DNA from: Chiloscyllium plagiosum
Lineage: Eukaryota
Length of the DNA stretch: 64,000 bases
Reading direction: 5' to 3'
Assembly: GCF_004010195.1 (NCBI RefSeq)
Contig: NC_057719.1
Location: 18,807,159 to 18,871,158, forward strand
Of this stretch, positions 27,385-37,590 are shown piece by piece. Made by a program: the position numbers and the translations under genes. How positions within the stretch are numbered: the stretch's first letter is position 1; every line of letters starts with the position of its first letter. The notes beneath the pieces were generated by a model. It was not told the origin of the DNA, ran no database searches, and saw only the letters and a list, made by a program, of their open reading frames with translations.

Positions 27385-27910
27385 TTATTGATTCATGGAA
27401 TTTATCCTTTACTAGTATGGTCAGCGTTTGTGACTCATCCCTGAGTGCCACTGAGTAACCACCTTGAAGAGGTGCTGATCCATCTTTTTAAAAGCAATCC
27501 ATGCGATTTGGGTACATCCACAATGCAATTTAGGAGAATGGGAGAACCTTAACCCAGTGGCAATGAAGCAACTACACTATATTTCTAAGTCAGAGCAGTG
27601 AGTGGTTTAGAGAGGAATTTGCAGGTGATGATTGTGTTCTATTATCTGCTATCTTGTCCTTCTATGTGGTAAAGGTCACAGGTTAGGAAGGCACTGCTGG
27701 AGGAGCTTCAGTGAGTTATTGCAGTGCACCTTGTAGATGGTATACCTAGCTCCCAGATGCTTTGATGGTCGAGAGAGAAATATTCATGGTCATAGATAGA
27801 GTGCCAATTAAGTGAGCTACTTTGCCCTTGATAATGTCAAGGTTCTTGAATACTGTTGGAGCTGCACATACTCAAGCAAATAGAAAATATTCCATCCCAC
27901 TTCTGACTTG
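27385..27910 (-). mobile_element. LINE family 2 3' fragment
   Basis: Homologous to 14005-14625. Confidence 0.65.
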
Positions 27911-27987
27911 TTCAGCTTTTGATTTATATACTTATTTAGAAGCTTTTCTGTGTCTTAAGAATTGTTTTCTCTAACTTGTCCAACTCT

Positions 27988-28192
27988 GAGAATCATAGAG
28001 TCACAGAGTCATAAAGCACAGAAACAGACCCTTCTGTTCAATTCATCCATGTTGACCAGGTTTCCCAACTAAACTAGTCCAATTTGCCTGCATTTGACAC
28101 ATATACCTCTAAAACATTCCTATTCATGTACCTATTAAATATCTTTTAAATGTTATAACAGTACTGGTATCTACCAATTCCTCTAGCTTTTC
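27988..28192 (-). mobile_element. CR1 3'UTR/tail
   Basis: catagagtcacagagtcata tail; gaaacagaccctt. Confidence 0.8.
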
Positions 28193-28289
28193 ATTAAAAT
28201 ATAGATCATTGGGTGATAAAACAATTTGGACAGAGTGAGGCGTACAGGTTACACCACATAGGATGAGTGCAAGTCAAGATCAATATTAA

Positions 28290-28592
28290 CAAGGTCAGCA
28301 TTATTTGAGGTTAGATAGTCCATTCATCGGTCTAATAGCAGCAGGGAAGAAGCTGGTGCATGATTTCAAGCTCTGTATCTTCTGCATGATGGAAGAGGTT
28401 GTGGGAGACCATTACAGGGTCTTTGATGATGTTGGCAGCCTTTCCGTGTTAACAAGATACATAAATGAAGTTAATGGATGGGGAGGTTGGCTTCCATGAT
28501 GATCTGAGCTGTGTACACAACTTTCTATAGTTTCTTGCCATCCTGGGCAGAGCAGTTGCCATTATACACCTGGACAATATGCTTGCTATGAT
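28290..28592 (-). mobile_element. Rex1/Babar-like LINE 3' fragment
   Basis: Minus translation GNCSAQDGKKL*KVVYTAQII resembles Rex1 WYGNCSA.DRK.LQRVV. Confidence 0.6.
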
Positions 28593-28619
28593 TTTTTAGG
28601 CAGCTGAAGGAAAATATAA

Positions 28620-29665
28620 AACTTCTTTAGAAATGAGTTATCATTGACAGGGCCCTTGGACATGTTTGACCCAACCCCCATACTTGCCCTCTCTCCTTCC
28701 CTTCCCTCCAACAACAATGATAGTGTGTCCCCAATTCTCACATACTGCCCCATCAGATTCTGCAAACAAAGGATTGTAACCTACCATTTCCACACCTCCA
28801 ATGGGATGTCACACCCAGGTGCATATTCCCCTCCTCTCCCTTGTCAGCTTTCATAGAATCATAGAATCCCTATAGTATGGAAACAGGCCCTTCGTCCCAA
28901 CAAGTTCACACTGATCCTCCAAAGGTAACCCACCCAGACCCATTCCCCTATCCTATATTTGCCCCTGACGTCCGCACCTAACCTATACATCGCTGAACAC
29001 TATAGGCAATTTAGCATAGCCAATTCACCTAATTTGCACATCTTTGGATTGTGGGAGGAAACCGAAGCACCCAGAGGAAACCACACAGACACAGGGAGAA
29101 TGTGCAAACTCCACATAGACAGTCGCTCGAGGTGGGAATCGAACCGGGTCACTGGCGCTGTGAGGCAGCAGTGCTAACCGCTGAGTCATCCAGCCACCCG
29201 ACCATAGGGATCATTCCCTCCAGGACACCCTGGCCCACTTCTCATCCATCCCAACACCTCCCCACATCTTCCCATGCATTCACAGAAGTGTAATACCTGC
29301 CCACTTACCTCCTTTGAGGAGAAGCAGCAATTTTTAAAAATAATCTATTTTAGCAATTTGCATATACTTCATTCAATCTAGTCAACAGTACTCAGTGTTC
29401 GGAGGGCGGTCTCCTCTACACTGGGGAGACAAAACGCAGATTTTGTGTCTGCTTTGCAGAACACCTACATTCTGCCCATAAAAATGACCCCAAGTTCCAA
29501 TTGCCTGCCACTTCAACACACCACCGTGTTCCCACAACTGCATTTCTGTCTCAGGCAATTCTCCAGGGAGCCTCAGCACATGCACAAAGAACAAATCTCT
29601 TTTTCCACTTGGGGACTTTGCAGCCTCTGGGACTCAACATTGAGTTCAATAACTTTGCAGCCTAA
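28620..29665 (+). mobile_element. Decayed PLE (linker and GIY-YIG), interrupted by HE1
   Basis: NLVNSTQCSEGGLLYTGETKRRFCVCFAEHL near 29375-29470; ctctgggactcaacattgagttcaataac at the end of EN. Confidence 0.75.
28852..29198 (-). mobile_element. HE1-type V-SINE
   Basis: Full head, V-domain and tail; catagaatcatagaatc. Confidence 0.9.
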
Positions 29666-29779
29666 TTCCATCCTTCTATATTTTTTATCCACTCCACACC
29701 TAGTCCTGTTACAATACAGATTGCTTTTAGCACAGTCACTCACCCTCACCTACTCCTGGGCACATTATCACAGTAGATG

Positions 29780-30265
29780 GAATAAAAACAGAAATTGCTA
29801 GAAAAGCTCAGTAGGTCTGGTAGTATCTACCAGAGAAGTGAAACAGAGTTAATATTTTAGATCCTGAGAACCTTCTTCAGAAATCTATAGCTTATATTGG
29901 GTTGTTCTCAGTACAGTTCACCTATTCTCTCCTACTCTGAGCTCTTATTATCACTTATTCAGCCTTTCTTTTGTCCTGATTGCTAAATGTAATCTCCTTG
30001 TTTGCCTACCTGTTTCATATCTCCTTCTCTCTGGGCTCCATCACCACTTACTTACTTATCTCCCCCTGCTCCCCGCACCCCGCAAAAACACTGTCTTCAT
30101 CATGAATACCACTTTTTCTTCACTGCTAACAGCTCTGATAAAGAGTCACTGGACCTGAAATGTTAATTCTGCTTTCTTCCCACTGATGCTGTCAGACCCA
30201 CTGAGCTTCTCCAGCAATTTCAGTTTCTGTTTCAGATCTCCAACATCCGCAATTTTTTGTTTTAC
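29780..30265. mobile_element. Inverted PLE pLTR pair related to family B
   Basis: Minus ttctgaagaagg...ttaactctg near 29845-29882 and plus ctctgataaagagtcactggacctgaaatgttaattctg near 30133-30171. Confidence 0.7.
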
Positions 30266-32330
30266 ATTAACAGTCATTAAGACTGAAACATGTTAAATAC
30301 ATAATAAATTGCTGCAGAAGGTTAACTTAGCACTGACTATTAATACTGGTTTCAGAAATATATTACTCACTATTTCTTTGTGTAATTCACTGAACACTCA
30401 ATAAAGAAGATAAATAAAAATGGTGCTTTCTATGCTTCTCTTCACCTGGGGCAAAGGCTCTTTTAATCCTTAAGAGGGCCTTCAGCATCTTATGTATGCT
30501 ACAGATCCTCAAATTTTCATAGAAACCAGCTGCAGGAGTCATTGAGCTGCTTTTGCTGGCCAGCAATCATCCTTGTGAAAATAATGCCACTGAAACTATG
30601 AATGAGAATGGGATAGTCAAATACCATTTGTTGGACATTACCAGGTATACTTGCTCCCAAGGTACAAACCTCTTTTACCATCATTCCCACACTGCATCGT
30701 GTCATCAGCAGGGGAGTGCTCCTGTCCAAACAACACAAGTTACAGCCATCACCATCAATGCTGCCACTAGCAAAGCCTGTTAAAATGACATCTATCCCAT
30801 CAGTTGGTGGTGGAAACTTTCTGAATGTGATTTGGGTGTTGCATTTTCTTACTTAATAACTGTGACTACATTTGGAAAATGATTTATTGTCTGCGGAGCA
30901 CCTGATGATAAGGGATATTGAAACAGCATAAAAGTTATATAAAAGCAGTTATTTTATCCCTTCGTCTTGGGATAGATGACAAGCAGAAGTACTTAACTTC
31001 AGAAGATGACAGATGAAAATTGAAGAACAGAAATTAAGATTCTTTACAATGATGCTCGTTCCTTTACATATACCAGCAAAATGGAATAGAGTCATAGAGA
31101 TGTACAGCATAGAAACAGATCCTTTGGTCCATCTCATCCTCGCTGACCAGATATTCTAAACTGATCTAGTCACGTTTGCCTGCATTTGGTCCATATTCCT
31201 CTAAACCCTTCCTATTCATATACCCATCCAGATGCCATTTAAATATTGTAACACATCCTCTGACAGCTTGTTCCACATGTGTCCTATTCTCTGTGTAAAA
31301 AAGTTGTCTCTAAAGTCCCTTTTAAATCTTCCCCTTTCACCTTAAACCCAATGTCCTGTAGTTCTGGATTCCCCTACCCTGGGGAAAAGACCTTGGCTAT
31401 TCACCCTCTCCTTGCCCCTCATTATTTTATAAACCTCTAAAGTCCACCTTCAGTCTCCGATGCTCCAGGGAAAACAGCCCCAGCCTATTCAGTCTCTCCC
31501 TATAGTTAAAACCCTCCAATCCCGGCAACATCCTCATGAATCTTTTTCTGAACCCTTTCATGTTTAACAACATCTTTCCTATAGCAGGGAGACCAGAATT
31601 GAGTGCAGTATTTTGGAAGTGGCCTAACCAATGTGTTGTACAACTGCAATCGGACCTCCTCATTCCTATACTTAATGCACTTACCAATGAAGGCAAACAT
31701 GACAAATGCCTTCATCACCACCCTGTCCACCCGCAATTCCACTTTCAAGGAATTATGCACCAGCACCCCTAGGTCTCTTTGTTCAACAACACACTCCAGG
31801 GCCCTACCATTAACTGTATAAGTCCTAGGTAAGTCCTGCCCTGATATGCCTCACCAAAATGCAATACCTCACATCTGTCTAAATTAAACTCCATCTGCCA
31901 TTCTTTGGCCCACTGGCCCATCTGATCAAGGTTCCATTTTACTCTAAGATAACCTTCTTCAGTGTCTACTACACCGTCAATTTTCATGTCATCTGCAAAC
32001 TTACTAACCATGCCTCTTATATTCTCGTGAAAATTATTTATATAAATGACAAAAAGCAGTGGACACAGCACCAGTCCTTGCAGCACACCACTGGTCACAG
32101 ACCTCCAGTCTGAAAAACAACTCACTGCCACCATCCTCTGTCTCCACCCCTCAAGCCAATTTTGTATCCATGTGATCTAACCTTACTGACCAGTCTACCA
32201 TGTCGAATACCTAGACAACGTCCACCATTCGGCCTTCATCAATCTTCTTTGTCACTTCTTCAAAATACTCAGTCATATTAGTGAGACACAATTTATCACG
32301 CACAAGACCATGTTGACTCTCCCATATCAG

Positions 32331-32390
32331 GCACTGAATTCTCGGATGCTGCCTGAACTGCTGTGCTCTTCCAGCACCACTAACCCAGAA
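32331..32390 (+). mobile_element. 60 bp PLE fragment inserted in CR1
   Basis: TSD tctc(c/g)catatcag at 32318-32330 and 32391-32403. Confidence 0.75.
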
Positions 32391-32849
32391 TCTCGCATAT
32401 CAGTCCTTGTCTTTCCAAATGTATGTGAATCCTCTCCCTCAGAATCCCCTCGAACAACTTACCCACCACTGACTTCAGGCTCACTAGTCTGTAGTTCCCT
32501 GGCTTTTCTTTACCAAATATCTTAAATAATGGCACCACATTAGCCAACCTCCAGTCTTCCAGCACCTCACCTGTGGCTGGCGATGATACAAATGTCTTTG
32601 CAAATCTCTTCCCAAGCTTCCCACAAAGTTTTGGGATACACTTGACCAGGTGTCAGGATTTATCCACCTTTATGCATTTTAAAATGTCCAGCACCTCCTC
32701 TTCTGTAATATGGACGCTATCACTATTTATTTCCCCAAGTTTTCTAGCTTCCATATCCTTCTCCATAGTAAATACTGACATGAAAGACTCATTTAGTATC
32801 TCACCCATCTCCTGCAGTTCCATGCAGAAATGCCTTATTGATCCTTGTT

Positions 32850-32982
32850 GAACGTCACATTCCTGATGAAGAGTTTATGCTTGAAATGTCGACTCTCCTG
32901 CGCCTCAGATGCTGCCTGACCTGCAGTGCTTTTCCAGCACCACACCTTTCGACTCTGAGCTCCAGCATCTGCAGTCCTCCCT
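32850..32982 (+). mobile_element. Mini PLE in CR1 with hammerhead core
   Basis: attcctgatgaagagtttatgcttgaaatgtcgac...ctgcagtcctc. Confidence 0.8.
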
Positions 32983-33152
32983 TCCTTCCACCTTCTTTTT
33001 CTTGTCAAGTACCTCAATTTCTCTAGTCATCCAGCATTCCCTACATCTACCAACCTTGCCCTTCAGCCTAACAGGAACATACTGTCTCTGAACTCTCGTT
33101 ATCCCATTTTTAAAGGCCTCCCACTAGTGCAGTCAAATTAAATATTCATGAG

Positions 33153-33378
33153 AAAAACAGGACTAACAAATCAAAAAGTACTGATAGGGTAGATAATACC
33201 AAGCGACATCAAAAGTGCATAGAGTGAATGCGGACGGAACAGTACATATGAAGCAAATAATATAGGCAGAACAAATATTACTAACAAGGCAAATAGTACT
33301 GGTAGGGCAAATACTACTGACAAAACAAATAGTACGGAAAAAGCTAATAGTCCTGACAGAGTAAACAATACTGACAAC
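33153..33378 (+). repeat. Degenerate 18 bp tandem repeat encoding (A/T/V)N(S/T/N)T(D/G)(R/K) hexapeptides; probable decayed coding sequence
   Basis: Frame 33223-33453 reads SECGRNSTYEANNIGRTNITNKANSTGRANTTDKTNSTEKANSPDRVNNTDN...; upstream units KNRTNK SKSTDR VDNT lie in a shifted frame. Confidence 0.7.
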
Positions 33379-34274
33379 CAGCATTCTTTAAATATGCACA
33401 ATATAGCATTTTCTGATTTGAAATTCAATCAAGATAAAATGATTTTAAAATGAATGTAGTAATTTGTTACAGTAACACACTATTACTCATGGGCAATTTG
33501 ACTTCAAAGCTGATGGCTGGTGTAGACTTCATGCACAACAAACACCAATGTATAAATAACATCATAAAAATAGGCTGCATCTGACCTCTTCCCTTAAAGC
33601 AATTATTAATGTAGTGGCCCATGTTCCCTGCATTTGAAACAGTGCAATTCAGTCAATAGAATCCTGAAAATACAAATCAACATGGGTAAGGTATAAATTC
33701 TACATATCTCCCTTAACATTTGTAAATGTGTTTCAATAGAAACAAGGCAGAATCTTGACCAAGTTAGGCTATGGCACTGACAAAATTGTTTGGACAAGGA
33801 TTTAGAGTGCCTAAACATTAAGTTACAACTGCAGGGATTAGGAAACATTTTCGGCCTAAATTGAAGTACATTAGGATCCTGGAGACCCTGCATCAATAGA
33901 ATTCTGGGGTATCTGATATGTGATGGTTTCACAATATTCAGGTGTCAAGCCAACACTCTGACTTGCCCAGTCATCTCCTGCCAATTAACCTTTTACTCAT
34001 TCCTCTCTCTCTTCAGTCACTTGGCAACCCCATTCGAGCAGACATTATTCAACTTCAGTTCATTACCCTCCCACGTATGTCTCGCAGTCTCCCTCCACAA
34101 ATGTCGCCAACAGTTAACTGCCCCTCTGAAATGGCTGAGTAAGTCACTAAGCTGTATCAAATCACTATAGACATGTCAAAGAAAAATTAACTACTTAGCA
34201 TTGATCCAGGCAGTGAAACAACAGTAAAACACCCTGCCCAGTTGAAAATTTCTTGTCACTTAAATATGGGGATC

Positions 34275-34630
34275 AAAACGTGGTGGCTCAGTGGTTAGCA
34301 CTACCGCCTCACAGCTCCAGGGACCCGGGTTCGATCCCAGCCTTGGGCGACTGTCTGTGTGGAGTCTGCAAATTCTCCCTGTGTCTGTGTGGGTTTCCTT
34401 TGAAGCTCTAGTTTTCTCCCACACTCCAAAGATGTGCAGGTTAGGTGAATTGGCCATGCTAAATTGCCCATAGTGTTCAGGGAGGTGTAGGTTTGGTGCA
34501 TCAGTCAGGGAAAATGTAAAGTAATAGGGAGGGTAATGGAACTGGGTGGGATATTCTCCAGAGGGTTGGTGTGGATTGGTTGGGCCCTATGGCCTGTTTC
34601 TACACTGTAGGGATTCTATGATTTCTATGA
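34275..34630 (+). mobile_element. HE1-type V-SINE
   Basis: ggtggctcagtggttagcac A-box, gggttcgatccc B-box, V-domain, tail. Confidence 0.92.
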
Positions 34631-35549
34631 AAAAAAGTTGAGAGGGCTCTCCCCTGGATTAATGAAACAAAATAGTCATATTCACCAGCTCACGCCTTAC
34701 TGCCAATGTCCCAGACTTTTCTATCTCCATACCTGGGTGTGTCCTGGCAAGCCAGGTGCATCAGTGCAGGTGGCATAATGATATACAGTCAGGAGGGATT
34801 TACCTTGGGACTTCTCAATATGGACCTCCTGAAATCTCATAGCGTCTTCAGCAAGGAACCTACTGCTGATTATCCTGTACTAACCTTATCCCTAACTCTG
34901 CATCAGATGATGTATCTGCTGTCTTTCATGTTGGAATGTCACTTGGAAGAAGATGGCAGCAAGAACACACGATGTACTTTAGCTGGAGAATTTCAAAGCT
35001 CATTACTAAGAGTGGCTAACTCTAATACTGACAGCAATAGCTGAGTCCGAAAGGATACACCTGTCAGACTGAGCCTACGGCAGGTGGAAAGTAGAAAAGA
35101 ACAAGAGGGAAAAACTGACTTAACCTTCTCCATATAAACCTACCTGTCATAGATGCAATTCCCCATGTCATTGTTGTCAGGAGTGACCATTGCACAGTGC
35201 TTGAGGAGATGAAAGCTTTCAATATGCTGTGTAGTGCTACCCTATGATAAATTCAGAACACATCTAGTGGTCCAATCTGTGCACCCATGAGGTGCTTGGG
35301 CCATTAGCAGCAGCACAACTGTATCTAACCATAATCTGTCACCTCACGGCCCATCATATCCTTCCCTCTATCATTACTGTCAAGCTGGGTGATCAACCCT
35401 GTTCCAATGAGGAGTGTAGGACAGCATACCAGGACTCACTAGCAGGTATAGCTAAATATAAGGTGCCAACCTGGAGAATCTGCAAGCATGCTAACCTGCA
35501 GAAGCAGCAGACAACAGATACAGATTAACAATCATTCAAGCTCAGATAA

Positions 35550-36255
35550 ATTCAAAACAGAGGGACCTAGGGGTGTAAGTTTGCATCACATGCAGACAGG
35601 GTGGTTAAGAAGGTGTTTGGCACACTTGCCTTCAATGCTCAGTCCTTTGAGTATAGGAGTTGGGAAGTCATGTTGAGGTTGTACAGGACATTGGTGAGGC
35701 TTCTTCCGGAGAACTATGTGCAGCTCTGGTCACCCAGTTAAAGGAAAGATATTACTAAGCTGGAGATGGTTCAGAAGAGATTTATGAGGATGTTGCTGCG
35801 TATGAAAGGTATGAAAGGCTTTCTTAGTTATAAAAGAAGTTTGGAGAGGCTGGGACTTATTTCACTGGAGCGTAGGTGATTGAGAAGTGACCTTATAGAA
35901 GTTTATAAAATAATGAAGGTATAGATAGAGTTAATTGGAGTCGACTTTTCCCTCGGATGGGGAATTTCAAGACTAGGGAGCACATTTTTGTAGTGAGAGG
36001 AGAGAGATTTTAAAAAGATACAAGGGCCAAATTGTTCTACACAGAGGATGGTTCACGTGTGGAATGAACTTCCTGAGGAAGTGATGGATTTGGGTACAAT
36101 TACAACACTTAAAAGACATTTGGAAAGTACATGTACAGGAAAGGTTTGGAGGAATATGGGCCAGGAGCAGGCAGGTGGGACTATTTAGTCTGGGATTATG
36201 TTTGGCATGGACTGTTGGACCGAAACGTCTGTTTCCATGCTGTATGACTATGACG
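35550..36255 (+). mobile_element. CR1 3' fragment
   Basis: gagtataggagttggga...ttggaccgaa...tgtatgactatgac tail. Confidence 0.88.
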
Positions 36256-36530
36256 TTATAAAACTCATGCAATCCTGCAACTTTAGTCATGATTGTTGAT
36301 AGATAATTAAGCAATTAATTTTGCCGAGAGGTGCGAGGGAGGAGCAAAGGACTTCTGGGGAGTTTTTAAGTGGGTGAGATCTAAACCCGAGACCCTACAC
36401 CATAGGGCCTCTCATCCACCTCCTCTAACCTTACTAAGAGTCTGTAAACTCGGTAAGTTTTCAGGTTTCTCATTTTTTTTCTTTTTCTGTTCCTTTGCTT
36501 AGTCCGTGTCGGCTTTCAGAGTAGTGGGAT

Positions 36531-37470
36531 ATGGATGTTAGGGCAGTTGTGTGTTCCTCCTGTAGAATGTGGCAGGTGAGAGACACTTCACGTGTCTCTG
36601 CCAACTACATCTGCGGGAAGTGGACCTAATTCCAGCTCCTCAAAAAACTGAGTTAGGGAACTGGAGCTGGAGCTGGATGAACTATGGATCATTCGGGAGG
36701 CTGAGGGGGAAATTGAGAGGCTGTACAGGGAGATGGTCACTCCCCAGACACAGGATAAGGACAGCTGGGTTACAGTCAGGGGGAGGAAAGGGAACCGACA
36801 TTCAGAGCAGGAATCCCCTGTGGCCGTTCCCCTCAGCAATAAGTATACTGTTTTGGATACTGCTGGTGGGGACAGCCTACCAGGGGAAAGCTCTAGTTGT
36901 CAGGTCTCTGGCACTGAGCCTGGCACTGTGGATCAGAAGGGAAGGGGGGAGAATAGAAAAGCACTAGTGGTAGAGGATTCAATAGTTAGATTAATTGACA
37001 GGAGATTTTGTGGTGAGGAACAGGACTCCTGGAATGTTTGTTGCCTTCCCAGTGCCAGAGTCCGGGTTTCCCAGTGCTGATCGGGTTTACAGGATTCTGA
37101 AGGGGGAGGGTGAGCCACCAAAAATCATGGTACATATTGGCACCAATGATATAGCCAGGAAAGGGATTGAGGATCTGAAAAGTGACTACAGAGAGTTAGG
37201 TTGGCAGCTGAAGAGCAGGACAAGTAGAGTAGTGATCTCAGGTTTGCTACCGGTGCCACAAGATAGTGAGGTGAGGAATAGTCAGCGAATGCAGTTTAAC
37301 ATGTGGCTGTGAGGATGGTGCAGGAGGGAGGGCCTCAGATACCTAGACCATTGGGATACCTTGTGGGGAAAGTGAGATCTGTACATGAAGGACGGATTGC
37401 AACTGAACTGGAGGGACACAAATGTCCTGGGTGGGAGATTTGCTTGTGTGATTCAGGAGGATTTAAACTA
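36531..37470 (+). pseudogene. CR1 ORF1 (Zn-finger, coiled coil, SGNH esterase-like), frameshifted
   Basis: MDVRAVVCSSCRMW...ICGK; ELELELDEL; LVVEDSIVR; VHIGTNDI; VVISGLLP; DGLQLN. Confidence 0.85.
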
Positions 37471-37590
37471 GTTTGGCAGGGGAGTGGGAATCAGCCCCAC
37501 ATAGCTGAGAGGGGGACAGTTCCAGATGGGACAGTGACAGGATATAGTGAATCTATTGGGAAGGTTTCTCACGCTTTGAAACAAAGGGAT

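Larger units (their letters stand above)
31087..33123 (-). mobile_element. 5'-truncated CR1 LINE, about 2 kb
   Basis: ORFs WRLANVVPLFK..NYR.VSL, SGV.QG.VL.PLLF.IYIN...KFADD, YCTQFWSP. Confidence 0.93.

Noticed and set aside
33163..33428. Two hydrophobic minus-strand ORFs resembling membrane proteins
   Set aside because: They look like antisense shadows of the 18 bp repeat; the codon pattern favours the plus strand.
34280..34345. tRNA gene
   Set aside because: A and B boxes belong to HE1 SINE heads; no complete cloverleaf. The same holds for the other SINE heads.
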